From positions 71,047 to 135,046 of the IMG/VR virus record IMGVR_UViG_3300028920_000039: 64,000 bases of DNA. One strand, given 5' to 3'. The stretch is from a virus. The first letter of the stretch is position 1; the number at the start of each line of letters is the position of its first letter. The notes below the pieces were generated by a model. The model was not told where the DNA came from. It saw only the letters and a program-made list of their open reading frames with translations, and searched no databases. The position numbers and the translations under genes were made by a program. Below, one piece after another: positions 1 through 9,626 of the stretch.

Positions 1-7
1 AAGAACA

Positions 8-457
8 ATGAAGTTTCAGTTTCCCACAAAAGAAGCAGCACAGAAAGCTGAAAAGGACGTAAAAAGGTACCTCAATAATCAAGCGGTGGTCGACAAAGGA
101 AAAACAGATGTAGTAGCGTACACTGATGATAATCCTTATATCGATGCGGACGCTTCTCAGGAGTACCTATCTGTAGTTTTCGCAATCACAGTCAATGAAG
201 AAGCAGACCCTATCGAACAAGCCATTGACATGTTGGTTGAAGTGGAGGCCAAAGACCTTGCTTACGATGAAGGTTTTGTTGAATGGTGGATGGCGAAGAT
301 GAACAAGCTGTCTCCTGAAGAGCGAGAGGAGCGGATTGGCGATATAGAAGAGATAGACTATGGGATAGCGCAGAACTGGATTCACAATCTGCTTGACGAT
401 GAAGCGCTTGCTTCAGAGTGGCGAAGTTACAAGCGCTGGAAACGGCGCCAAAGATGA
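8..457 (+). CDS. hypothetical virion-module protein (149 aa, acidic)
   Basis: ORF with ATGA stop/start overlap with the next gene; no recognised motif. Confidence 0.6.
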   Translation: MKFQFPTKEAAQKAEKDVKRYLNNQAVVDKGKTDVVAYTDDNPYIDADASQEYLSVVFAITVNEEADPIEQAIDMLVEVEAKDLAYDEGFVEWWMAKMNKLSPEEREERIGDIEEIDYGIAQNWIHNLLDDEALASEWRSYKRWKRRQR

Positions 458-1059
458 CCTTCACCAATGACACAGTTGATCCACGCCATGCAGACTACCT
501 CGGCTGTGAGATCCTGGATCGTCTGAACGACGAGCTGGACAAGACAGAAGAGGGTTGGCCGCTCAACACCAATCTGCCTTCACCTGAAGAGATCAAGTAC
601 GTCTACGATATGCTGGAAGGCTACTCCCGGCAGTTCTTTCCTATCATGCCTTACAAGCACCTGCTTACCACTGTAAAGGAGATTGATGAGGTGCACGGTG
701 AGCTAGCCGATGTGCAAAGGCGTTGGGGTGATATCATTCATCTCAGAGCATTCGCAATTCCGACGCAGCCAACCCAGCCGCAAACCAGTTTCGGAATAGA
801 GGAAGTCAGGGAAGTGACTCTGTTGGTGACTGTCCCTGATCTTATCACAGCAGGCCTGGCCATTCAGGATCCTGACAACTTCGACATCACACTCATCGGC
901 CGGCTAGGTGATCGTTTCTACTACCACAACAGAGAGTACGAAGTAACTACGTATGTCCCCGCAGCCTGGTGGGCCAACACTGATGTTCCAATCTACTACC
1001 AACTGAAGTCGCAACTCCATCGTGCCAGCTCAGTTGACGAGTTCGGCAACACTCCTTGA
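454..1059 (+). CDS. putative neck/head-completion protein
   Basis: ATG at 454 overlaps the upstream TGA. C-terminal 'GRLGDRFYYHNREYEV' beta motif is of the head-tail adaptor type. Lies upstream of the tail terminator/sheath. Confidence 0.45.
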   Translation: MTFTNDTVDPRHADYLGCEILDRLNDELDKTEEGWPLNTNLPSPEEIKYVYDMLEGYSRQFFPIMPYKHLLTTVKEIDEVHGELADVQRRWGDIIHLRAFAIPTQPTQPQTSFGIEEVREVTLLVTVPDLITAGLAIQDPDNFDITLIGRLGDRFYYHNREYEVTTYVPAAWWANTDVPIYYQLKSQLHRASSVDEFGNTP

Positions 1060-2297
1060 AGGTTGCAATGTTAACAGATCAAGCAATTCAGTTTCTTCTT
1101 GAATTCGCCAAGGATGTAAGAGCTAAGTTCCTAAAACAAGGCGCTTCAGAAGAAGAAGTCGATTCCTATCTTTCCAGGTTTCAAGAGCTTCGTGATAAGA
1201 GAATATTAAAAGGCGAACAACGTGACATAGGTCAGTACAAAACCTTTGGTGACTTGAAACAAGTTGTGGATAAAGCTTCAAAAGTAGTCACCAAAAGGCA
1301 AAAGAAGAAGAAAGCCAAGGCGAAAGGTGCACAGGTTGTTCATTCCGACAACAATGTTACTGTATATCATATTACTTCAAAACCCGCTGCTTGCTTCTAT
1401 GGCGCTGGTACTAAGTGGTGCATTTCAGCAACACACGGCCGCAACATGTTCAAACCTTACCAGGAACAAGGTATTAGTTTCTACTTCATCATTTCTAAGA
1501 ATCGAAGCGCTGAAGATCCTCTTCATAAAGTAGCAGTTGCAGTGTATCCTGGTGAGGAGGCAATAGAAGTGTACAATGCTAAGGATAACTTAGTATCTGT
1601 TTCTGTTCTTAAGGAACTTGGTGTTAGCGAATTGGATATATTCAAGAAGTACACTACTGTTGATTTAACTACAAAAGAAGGTTTTTTGGAATGGTTGGGC
1701 AAGCAAAATGTTGGGGAAATGGATGTTGATGGTAAAGTGAACATCCATGGTGATCTTGATTTATCACACAAAGGCCTCATTAAGTTCCCTGTTGAGTTTG
1801 GCAAAGTAACAGGTAGCTTCTACTGCGGCAACAACCAACTAACTTCACTCCAAGGTGCACCTACCGAGGTAGGTGATTATTTCGACTGCTCCTACAACCA
1901 ACTAACCTCGCTCCAAGGTGCACCCGCCGAGGTAGGTGGTAGCTTCTCCTGCGGCCACAACCAACTAACTTCACTCCAAGGTGCACCTACCGAGGTGGGT
2001 GGTTACTTTAGCTGCGCTTACAACCAACTAACTTCACTCCAAGGCGCACCTACCGAGGTGGGTGGTTACTTCTCCTGCGCCTACAACCGACTAACCTCGC
2101 TCCAAGGTGTACCTACCGAGGTGGGTGGTTACTTCTCCTGCGCCTACAACCGACTCACCTCGCTCCAAGGTGTCCCTGCCAAGGTAGGTGGGAAATTCTA
2201 TTGTGCCCACAATCCCGGTAACTTTACACAACAAGACATTGCAAAAGCAATGGGCGGGGTTGAAGAAGCAATCATCTACCTTCTGGATCACTCCTGA
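1056..2297 (+). CDS. protein with N-terminal 'YGAGTKWCIS' domain and C-terminal leucine-rich repeats
   Basis: GTG start overlapping the upstream TGA; six 21-aa repeats FxCxxNxLTSLQGxPxxVGxx. Confidence 0.8.
   Translation: MKVAMLTDQAIQFLLEFAKDVRAKFLKQGASEEEVDSYLSRFQELRDKRILKGEQRDIGQYKTFGDLKQVVDKASKVVTKRQKKKKAKAKGAQVVHSDNNVTVYHITSKPAACFYGAGTKWCISATHGRNMFKPYQEQGISFYFIISKNRSAEDPLHKVAVAVYPGEEAIEVYNAKDNLVSVSVLKELGVSELDIFKKYTTVDLTTKEGFLEWLGKQNVGEMDVDGKVNIHGDLDLSHKGLIKFPVEFGKVTGSFYCGNNQLTSLQGAPTEVGDYFDCSYNQLTSLQGAPAEVGGSFSCGHNQLTSLQGAPTEVGGYFSCAYNQLTSLQGAPTEVGGYFSCAYNRLTSLQGVPTEVGGYFSCAYNRLTSLQGVPAKVGGKFYCAHNPGNFTQQDIAKAMGGVEEAIIYLLDHS
1818..2195 (+). repeat. six tandem 63-nt LRR-coding repeats
   Basis: Units start at 1818, 1881, 1944, 2007, 2070 and 2133 with a near-identical 'caactaac(t/c)tc(a/g)ctccaaggtgcacc' core; partial cap at 2196. 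Confidence 0.95.
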
Positions 2298-2382
2298 ACA
2301 ATCCTTTGCAACCCTTTGTGCTTCGTATAATAAATCAGTACGTCTCTTTTAGTACCGATTCATTTAGTACGGAACACAGAGT

Positions 2383-2811
2383 ATGCTTACTACTGAAGTA
2401 CAAGAAACCTCTCTAGACCCCACCATTGTTGAAGACGATCTCGACGTCCTTGAGAAGCTGTATCGTGAAGCAGTCCAGCAGACCAAAACCGATATCATCA
2501 ACAAGCTGGCTGTTGAACTAACGACACGGGATCCTACACCAGAAGCATTGGTCAAGTACCCTTTCTTCAAGAACAGCTCTAAGTTACTTTCAGACTATCA
2601 GGAAGCACTCACTGTCGAAGAGACAGACGGGCAGATTTCACTAGTGGTTGACAGAGATGTGCTTCAGAGAAAGAACTTGCCTGAGAACCTGCCTTCTCTG
2701 ATGGAATATGGTAATGCTTTGGTGAAACCCCTTCCACATATTAGGCCAGTGGTTTTATCGTCATCTTCCCCGATCTCGTCGGTTACTCGCCGGCTCAAAG
2801 AGGAATTGTAA
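2383..2811 (+). CDS. hypothetical protein (142 aa)
   Basis: ORF, TAATG overlap with the next gene. Confidence 0.6.
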   Translation: MLTTEVQETSLDPTIVEDDLDVLEKLYREAVQQTKTDIINKLAVELTTRDPTPEALVKYPFFKNSSKLLSDYQEALTVEETDGQISLVVDRDVLQRKNLPENLPSLMEYGNALVKPLPHIRPVVLSSSSPISSVTRRLKEEL

Positions 2812-3158
2812 TGTTCGTGGATAAGTACAAAACGTGGGTGGAGAAGATCGTCAAGAATCTTCGATGTTCCAAAGGAGCTGAAAGCAAAGCACTCCTGGCC
2901 CGTTTTCAGAGACTTGAACTTCGAGAAGATGAGCTTGGCGCCTTCCATCATGTCAGGACCCTCCACAAACTGGCTCGTGAATATGCACAGGAACGAAAGA
3001 ACTTGCGATGGTTAGGTAGGTTGGTAGAGAGGCTCGGCAAGTGGGAGAAGCTGTTTGAGTCCATCCTTCGCATCACTGAGATCGATGAAGATTCGGTAGT
3101 CGAGGCGCTTGCGAAGGATGAGATTGATGAAGAGTTTGCAATAGGGCTGATGCAATGA
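2811..3158 (+). CDS. hypothetical protein (115 aa)
   Basis: ORF coupled at both ends (TAATG, ATGA). Confidence 0.65.
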   Translation: MFVDKYKTWVEKIVKNLRCSKGAESKALLARFQRLELREDELGAFHHVRTLHKLAREYAQERKNLRWLGRLVERLGKWEKLFESILRITEIDEDSVVEALAKDEIDEEFAIGLMQ

Positions 3159-4273
3159 GCGGAGATGTTCCAACCAGATACACGCAGATGTATCACAACT
3201 ACGACAAGGCGTTCGTAGACAAGGTGCACTCTATCAAGGTCTTCACTCAAGATCGCTCCAAGAACGATGTTGAGTATGGCTTGCCTTGTGTATGGGCTTC
3301 TCCGGACAGAGCATTCGGGCAGATTCGCCGACAGATCGCTCGTAAGAACCAGGTGAAGGAATCTGAGGTCAAGACGATTCCTCTTCCGATTGCGTCACTG
3401 AGCCGAATCAACCAAAACATCGACTTGACTCGATACGTCAGATTTAAGTTCAATCGTTTGAAGTATGTGCCAACTGAGCAGAAGTACATCGGAATGGATC
3501 GTCCGAATCCCTGGGACATGGTGTATCAGATTGACGTCTGGGCCAAGACCATTCAGGACCTGGACATGATCACTACTCAGATCAACATGTGGCTAAGAGC
3601 CGATGAGTTCTACCTGAGGGTGGCCCACCCCTCTCCTATGGATGAGAGGATCGTTCTAACGCAGTTCCAGGGAATGGTGGAGAATTCTAAGCTAGATACC
3701 GGTCAAGAGGAAAAAAGAACTCTTCGGAGAACCTTCACATTCGTAGTACATGGGTGGGTAATCCACCCGCCGGACGAATACGGAATCGTCAGAAGGATCA
3801 TTGTCGATTTCTACGACATGACCCTTTCAAGGTTGGATCCAGTGTTCTTGGAGAGGTTGGTGATCCTGCCAGACGAAGAAGACATCGAACCGGAGGACGA
3901 AATCATGGGAACAGTTGCTACATCATTCTATGGTGTTTTGATTGTTGGTGAGGCACAAGTCAACGAGACTTACGGGAGTTTTGAGGCTCCTGTCAATGCA
4001 CTCATAACAGGGATGCAGATCAATGTGCTTGGACGTCCGCCAACAGGTGATGATCTCGAATTCCAGCTGACAGTGAATGGTCTTCCCGACACATCACGTT
4101 ATGTTACAGTGTCAGCCGGAGACAGACAGGAATCGGTGATATTTGGCTCCGAGCGAAGAATCGTTGCGGGCGATATGCTCGGCGTCAAATGTGTGAGTGT
4201 AGGTGGTGTCGACCCCGGAGATTGGATAGAGGTTCGGTTTGATGCCACTTTGGATGTGAGTGCGACGACGTGA
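3155..4273 (+). CDS. tail terminator/sheath-stabiliser-like protein (T4 gp15/gp3-like) with C-terminal beta-sandwich extension
   Basis: 'PCVWASPDRAF', 'PLPIASLSR', 'PWDMVYQIDVWAK...DMITTQI', 'LRRTFTFVVHGW' match the tail-completion fold pattern; upstream of sheath. Confidence 0.6.
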   Translation: MSGDVPTRYTQMYHNYDKAFVDKVHSIKVFTQDRSKNDVEYGLPCVWASPDRAFGQIRRQIARKNQVKESEVKTIPLPIASLSRINQNIDLTRYVRFKFNRLKYVPTEQKYIGMDRPNPWDMVYQIDVWAKTIQDLDMITTQINMWLRADEFYLRVAHPSPMDERIVLTQFQGMVENSKLDTGQEEKRTLRRTFTFVVHGWVIHPPDEYGIVRRIIVDFYDMTLSRLDPVFLERLVILPDEEDIEPEDEIMGTVATSFYGVLIVGEAQVNETYGSFEAPVNALITGMQINVLGRPPTGDDLEFQLTVNGLPDTSRYVTVSAGDRQESVIFGSERRIVAGDMLGVKCVSVGGVDPGDWIEVRFDATLDVSATT

Positions 4274-4992
4274 AATCAGCTTGTAGAAATCGTGCTTATT
4301 GGGATGATCCTGAGAACAGGAAGAAGCATGCGGAAACTCTAAGGAAGGTCCATGCAAAGCGTGCGCCTGAAAAGGAAGCTGAGAGAGTGCGGAAGATAAG
4401 AGAAGGTAACAAAAGAACAAAGGCTTTGCATCCTGAGAATGTAGTCGCTTCATTCAAAGGCAAACACCATTCAGCAAAGACAAAAGAACAAATCAGAAGG
4501 AAAGCCATTGAGAATCGAGCGGCCATGACACCGGAAGAGATACAGCAAAACCATCAGAAAGCAGTTGAGAATCTGCACAAAACCATTCCTGATATGTCAG
4601 CTTTCAAGGCTCAGCAGATTGTCGATGGCAAGGTGCGATTCAACACAGGCAGATTCTACTCAGAGAAGAATGGCGAGGAGTTGTTCTACAGAAGTTCCTA
4701 TGAGCTGGCGGCATTTCACATTTTGGAGCAGATGTCTGTGGTGAAAGGCTACTCAACCGAGTGTGAGATCATTCCTTACGAGTTCGAAGACGCCATTCGA
4801 CGTTACGTTCCAGATTTGAAAGTGGAGTATCTTGATGGAAGTGTTGACATCATTGAGGTGAAGGCTGATTGGGCAATAGATTTGCCCGTCAACCAAGCCA
4901 AGTTTGATGCAGCTCGGAAGTATTGTTCAGACCATGACTTTGGTTTTGTGGTCTGGACTGAAGTGAACCAACCAAAATTGGCGGGTTTGTAA
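4270..4992 (+). CDS. TnsA-like PD-(D/E)xK endonuclease (gp4-like/homing type) with NUMOD3-like N-terminus
   Basis: 'YRSSYE...IPY...RRYVPDLKVEY...IIEVK' nuclease motif; 'FKGKHHSAKTKEQI' NUMOD3-like motif. Confidence 0.75.
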   Translation: MKSACRNRAYWDDPENRKKHAETLRKVHAKRAPEKEAERVRKIREGNKRTKALHPENVVASFKGKHHSAKTKEQIRRKAIENRAAMTPEEIQQNHQKAVENLHKTIPDMSAFKAQQIVDGKVRFNTGRFYSEKNGEELFYRSSYELAAFHILEQMSVVKGYSTECEIIPYEFEDAIRRYVPDLKVEYLDGSVDIIEVKADWAIDLPVNQAKFDAARKYCSDHDFGFVVWTEVNQPKLAGL

Positions 4993-5013
4993 CCCGTTGA
5001 AAGAGAGGAAGTT

Positions 5014-6546
5014 ATGGTTATCGTTTCTCCTGGGGTGTATTCTCGTGAATTAGATTTCTCGCTGTATGTCCCCCAACTGGCCCAATCGATTCTTGGAATC
5101 GTAGGTACGGCCAGTAAAGGACCAACAGATGAGATCACGCTCATAACGGATGAGTCAACACTCATCGAAACCTTCGGTGAACCGTCTTCGGACCATCTTG
5201 GCTTGTATGCAGCTCTTCGTTACTTGCGTAGAGGCAAACAGCTGAAGTTTGTGAGGGTGGCTCATTACGACGACAGCGCAGTCGGCTATCTCAGGAACGC
5301 AGCCAACGCAGCCAACGCAGCTTTGCTGACAGCGGTGAGTACGGGTTCTTGGGGCAACAACATCACGGTTGTAGTGTCAGCAGGAACTGGCCCAGACCCT
5401 TCGACTGGTGTTACCACTTACAAGCTATCGGTTCGGTATAACAACGTTGTGGTAGAGAATTACGACCTGCTGCTCTTTGGAACAGCTTATGCAAACTACG
5501 ACAACTACATCATGACGCGGATCAATGGTGTGTCAGCATACATTACCGTCACCCCCGTCCCGACCGAAACCGATCTGTTGACTTCGACCACAGCGGTAAC
5601 GATGTCGGGTGGCGACGATGGTGCGCCAGTTGAGATTTCCGATTACGTCGGAACAGCTGCTGTTTCTGGCAGTGACACAGCCACTGGTCTCCAGCTCTTC
5701 GCTGATCCTGACACAGTGGATGTGAACCTGTTGGCGGTGCCTGACATCAGCCACAGGACGATTATCAGTGAGATGATTACCCTCTGCGAAAGCAGGGCGG
5801 ATTGCATCTGCTTGATTGATGTACCGTATGGCAAGTCAGTTCAGCAGGCTGTTGCTTGGGCAAACGGTGTTGGTGGTGGTGCCACCGATCCTACCGCTGC
5901 CATCAATTCGTCTTATTGCGCTATCTTCTATCCGTGGGTGCAGGTATTCGACGGGTATAGCAACAGTAACGTCTGGATTCCTCCGAGCGGACACATTGCG
6001 GGTGTGGTTGCTTACACTGACCACGTCGCGGATCCGTGGTGGGCGCCAGCCGGTTTCAATCGCGGAAAGCTGCAGGATGTTCTTGACATTGAGCATTCTG
6101 CTACACAGGGCGAGCGAGACTACATGTATGCCAACGGTAATGTAATCAACCCGATCGTCGACTACGCTGGTCAGGGCATTGTGGTTTATGGTCAGAGGAC
6201 AGGGACCCGGACTTCGTCTGCTCTTGACAGAATCAACGTCAGGCGGATGATGCTGTACTTGAGGAAGGCAGTATCCACCGCTGTTCGTTCTCTGCTCTTC
6301 GAACCGAACGACGAAGAGACATGGGCGGCTTTTCGCAACCTTGTGAATCCTGTATGCGATGACATCAAGGCTCGTAGGGGTATCACCGAATTCGAGGTGG
6401 TTTGCGATGAGACAACCAATACCTCGGCCGTTCGAGCTCGTAATGAGATGCGCGGTAAGGTGCTGATAGTTCCGACACGGGCTGCGGAGATGATTTCGAT
6501 CGACTTCGTAGTCCTCAACAACGAAGCTCAGTTTTCTGAGTTCTAG
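5014..6546 (+). CDS. contractile tail sheath protein
   Basis: 'VSPGVYSRELDFS', 'GTASKGP', 'WWAPAGFNRG', 'DRINVRRM', 'AEMISIDF' are sheath hallmarks. Confidence 0.95.
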   Translation: MVIVSPGVYSRELDFSLYVPQLAQSILGIVGTASKGPTDEITLITDESTLIETFGEPSSDHLGLYAALRYLRRGKQLKFVRVAHYDDSAVGYLRNAANAANAALLTAVSTGSWGNNITVVVSAGTGPDPSTGVTTYKLSVRYNNVVVENYDLLLFGTAYANYDNYIMTRINGVSAYITVTPVPTETDLLTSTTAVTMSGGDDGAPVEISDYVGTAAVSGSDTATGLQLFADPDTVDVNLLAVPDISHRTIISEMITLCESRADCICLIDVPYGKSVQQAVAWANGVGGGATDPTAAINSSYCAIFYPWVQVFDGYSNSNVWIPPSGHIAGVVAYTDHVADPWWAPAGFNRGKLQDVLDIEHSATQGERDYMYANGNVINPIVDYAGQGIVVYGQRTGTRTSSALDRINVRRMMLYLRKAVSTAVRSLLFEPNDEETWAAFRNLVNPVCDDIKARRGITEFEVVCDETTNTSAVRARNEMRGKVLIVPTRAAEMISIDFVVLNNEAQFSEF

Positions 6547-6573
6547 ACAGCTCTAGCTGAAAGGAGCAGAGTC

Positions 6574-7086
6574 ATGGTAGAAACACTGTCTGCAGATCAT
6601 ATAGCTGCACAAGATGGGGCATTCGAACCACAGCGTAAGAATAACTTCACCCTTCGGCTTTCAGTTGGCGGGCGGATTATTCAGCAATCGTTGCAGTCAT
6701 TCCCTCTTCCGAAAGAGGCGAATGAGGTGCTGGAGATCAACTTCGGCAACGAGCAGCGTAAGGTTGCAGGACGCGCTACCTACGACAATCTCGAGCTGGT
6801 CCTGAAGGACTATGCTGATCAACCTACCATGGCGACACTTGTTGCTTGGAGGCGAAGGGTGTACCAGCCTACCACAGGAGAAATAGGCCTGGCATCTGCT
6901 TACAAGGAACAGGGCGAAGTCGTCATGTTCGCGCCGAACGGAACACTCCAGAGGCGCTGGAAGCTGATCGGTGTATGGCCTTCTCGGAATGATCCGGGCG
7001 GCGGTGATATGGAAGCCAATGCGCAGAACCTTATCACAGTCACTATGGTGATTGACAAGGCCATCGAGATTGTGCTGGAAGCGTAA
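6574..7086 (+). CDS. tail tube protein (gp19-like)
   Basis: Follows sheath; 'FEPQRKNNF', 'KVAGRATY', 'AYKEQGEV', 'WKLIGVWPS'. Confidence 0.85.
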   Translation: MVETLSADHIAAQDGAFEPQRKNNFTLRLSVGGRIIQQSLQSFPLPKEANEVLEINFGNEQRKVAGRATYDNLELVLKDYADQPTMATLVAWRRRVYQPTTGEIGLASAYKEQGEVVMFAPNGTLQRRWKLIGVWPSRNDPGGGDMEANAQNLITVTMVIDKAIEIVLEA

Positions 7087-7115
7087 CCCCAACACAGTAA
7101 CAAGAGGAGAAGTAC

Positions 7116-7925
7116 ATGAGTACTGAGGAGAAAGAAACAACTGTGGAAACTCAAGATACAACCCCCGAACCCGAGGAAACAACAGCCGGTCCTTACGACA
7201 AGGAAGTGGTACTTCCGAGTAAAGGGATGTTCTATGATGGTGTTCTTTCTGATGGGAGGGTGACCTTGCGCCCCGTCAGCGTTCAAGAGGAAAAACTGCT
7301 GGCGGGGAATGCTGGTAATAGACTGGAACTTGCAGATAAGGTGCTTCAGAAGTGCATTGTCTCGAAGTGCCTGCCACTGTCCGACCTGTTGATGACCGAC
7401 AAGTTCTATTTGTTGTTGGTATTACGATCCATCAGTTACGGGACAGAGTATGGGTTTACGCTTGCTTGCGGAAGCTGCAAGTTTGAATTCCAGCATTCAG
7501 TGAAACTACCTGAAGGACTTCAGTTGAAGGTTGCAACAGAAGGTGACGTAGAGCCTTTTGAGGTTACGCTTCCTGCTTGTAAGAAGAAGGTTTCACTTCG
7601 ATTCCTTCGCGGATACGATGAGGAGGAAATCGAGAATTTCGTCAAGACACTTCCTGACGCAGGAAAGGATGATGGTGATCCTGGTTATCCTTTCCGGCTG
7701 TCACGATTCATTGATAAGATTGAGGGGGAGGATGTTGACCCTATTGAGAAGTTGCAGTTTTGCGAAAAGCTCATAGGGATGGATTCTATGAAGATTCGGC
7801 ATTCGATTGCTGAGAGGGAAACTGGCCCCATCTTGACAGTGAGTGCGAAGTGTCCGAATTGCCAAACACCTGTGAGGTCTATCCTCCCGCTCACCAACGA
7901 CTTTTTTCCGACGCCTACTGCTTAG
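7116..7925 (+). CDS. tail/baseplate-hub assembly chaperone (T4 gp26-like)
   Basis: 'VVLPSKGMFY', 'RPVSVQEEKLL', two CxxC pairs, ends 'NDFFP'; between tube and tape measure. Confidence 0.75.
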   Translation: MSTEEKETTVETQDTTPEPEETTAGPYDKEVVLPSKGMFYDGVLSDGRVTLRPVSVQEEKLLAGNAGNRLELADKVLQKCIVSKCLPLSDLLMTDKFYLLLVLRSISYGTEYGFTLACGSCKFEFQHSVKLPEGLQLKVATEGDVEPFEVTLPACKKKVSLRFLRGYDEEEIENFVKTLPDAGKDDGDPGYPFRLSRFIDKIEGEDVDPIEKLQFCEKLIGMDSMKIRHSIAERETGPILTVSAKCPNCQTPVRSILPLTNDFFPTPTA

Positions 7926-8127
7926 CGCGAGGGCTGCTGAGCTGAAGGAACTGGTTAGGCAGCAAGTGGCTGCATCAATGTTTTTGGGGATTTCTTGGGA
8001 GACATCAAGCAAGATGTCCGTACCTGAATTCAAAGCAGTTCAGGAAGCCGCCAAGGAGTTACAGGAAGAGATGAAGACCGATGGGCCTTCTATGCCAGGA
8101 ACTTTGGGGAAAGCAAGGGTCTTTTAA
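7903..8127 (+). CDS. +1-frame ORF behind the chaperone (chaperone extension or small partner gene); not in the ORF track
   Basis: Open frame from 7876 to TAA 8125-8127, which overlaps the tape-measure ATG (TAATG). Reads FFRRLLLSARAAELKELVRQQVAASMFLGISWETSSKMSVPEF...; first ATG only at 7978. Confidence 0.55.
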   Translation, partial: FFRRLLLSARAAELKELVRQQVAASMFLGISWETSSKMSVPEFKAVQEAAKELQEEMKTDGPSMPGTLGKARVF

Positions 8128-9626
8128 TGCCTGAGAAGAAAGAGTCTATACACGAGCATATCTTGGATGTACGTCTTAAAGACAATGCTTCCAAGGAGGC
8201 TAAAGGGATGCTGGGCGGGTTGAAGGGCCAGTTTACCAAGTTCTTTGAGCAGTTTCAGTTGACGGCAACTATTGGAGGGGGGATGGAGAAAACCCTGGCT
8301 TCCCCGGCAATACCCCCTAAAAGTGTTCAGCAAATGGCCGCAGAACATATTCGTCAAGCACAAATAGCTGAGCAGAGGCCCGGTATCGGACAGAACCTGC
8401 TTGGTGCGGGCATACTGGGCGGGGCCATGCTTAGTAAGCTGGTAGGCACACTCATTAAAGACACCTTTGAAATACCTAAGAATCTTCGAACTATTATGTC
8501 TCGTCGAAAAGCGGAGGGGGCATCGCCTGTTCTTGGTGAAGAGGAGTTGAAGGGTAAGACTGAGTTTGGAATGAGTGCGCATATCATGCCGGTGTTTTTA
8601 ACAGGTGTTGACCCTTCTGTACACAAGCAGTTGACGACGCTAGCTTTGGGGACAAGAAGAGCAGGACCTGAAGATGTTGATGTTAGTAAGGTTGGCGAAG
8701 GTGAAAAACACAAAGCCACTATCTTTGGTAGCATTATTAAGAAGATGTTCACTGCAGGCAAAACCCGTGCTCTTTCTATCTGGGTTTTTCTTGGCAAAGC
8801 AATGGCGCCTGTTTTGGATCTTTTGGCTAACACATTGATGCCTCTGATGGTTCCATTGCAAGAGTTTCTGATGAACATCATTGTGTCGGTTCTTCAACCA
8901 CTTGTAGCACGATTGCTTCCAAAAATGCAAGACCTGTTCCTGAACCTGTCCACTCGATTACTCCCTACATTTGTCAGATGGGGGCAGAAATTGGGTGATT
9001 GGCTGATGACGTTAATTGATTGGTTTGCTGGTGAAGGCGTACCAATGGCTCGAAATGCTTTCAACGTAGCTGTTGATTTCATCAAGAATCTAATGGATTG
9101 GGGTGTGTTTCTCAAAGAATCCTTGTCGAGTCTCATGGTTTTCATGACTTCATTCAAAAACGGATTCATAGCTTTCGGAGAGTGGCTTGGAGAAGCGGCC
9201 TGGGCAGTATGGGACTTCCTGGAACCTGTTCGCAAAGCTATTATGAATTTCGGCCAGTGGTTAGGAGAGGTGGGTTACAAGGCCTGGGATCTGCTTGTCA
9301 AGATCTTTGACAAGGTTTCAGGATGGGTCAAGAAGGTTGGTAAGTGGCTGGGCTTCGGCAAAGGTGAGGAGAGGGGCGACATTCAGGAGTTTCAGAGAGG
9401 CGGTTTGGTTACATCAACCGGTCCTGCTCTAGTTCATCAAGGCGAAACTGTATTTCCGAGTGGCTACTCACAAGAAAGCCTGGTTATTGCCAGAAATGGT
9501 CTGGGGCAATTGAGGGACATATCCTACATTCTATCTCAGGGTTTTTCGCAGTTAGCATTGCAGACCCAGGGGGCGGCACCTGGTTCCAGCATTGTTGATG
9601 ATGTTTTGCGAATGGAAGGTTTGTAA
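8127..9626 (+). CDS. tape measure protein (short, 499 aa)
   Basis: Amphipathic Trp/Phe-periodic helical middle region; C-terminal 'FQRGGLV...ALVHQGETVFP'; position after the chaperone. Confidence 0.75.
   Translation: MPEKKESIHEHILDVRLKDNASKEAKGMLGGLKGQFTKFFEQFQLTATIGGGMEKTLASPAIPPKSVQQMAAEHIRQAQIAEQRPGIGQNLLGAGILGGAMLSKLVGTLIKDTFEIPKNLRTIMSRRKAEGASPVLGEEELKGKTEFGMSAHIMPVFLTGVDPSVHKQLTTLALGTRRAGPEDVDVSKVGEGEKHKATIFGSIIKKMFTAGKTRALSIWVFLGKAMAPVLDLLANTLMPLMVPLQEFLMNIIVSVLQPLVARLLPKMQDLFLNLSTRLLPTFVRWGQKLGDWLMTLIDWFAGEGVPMARNAFNVAVDFIKNLMDWGVFLKESLSSLMVFMTSFKNGFIAFGEWLGEAAWAVWDFLEPVRKAIMNFGQWLGEVGYKAWDLLVKIFDKVSGWVKKVGKWLGFGKGEERGDIQEFQRGGLVTSTGPALVHQGETVFPSGYSQESLVIARNGLGQLRDISYILSQGFSQLALQTQGAAPGSSIVDDVLRMEGL

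Noticed and set aside
1818-2195. CRISPR array or DGR template/variable repeats
   Set aside because: Units are in-frame coding repeats without unique spacers, and no reverse transcriptase or cas gene is present in the window.
2303-2331. sigma70 promoter (TATAAT at 2326)
   Set aside because: The best -35 (TTGCAA/TTTGCA) is only 14-15 nt away and there is no extended -10; too weak to call.
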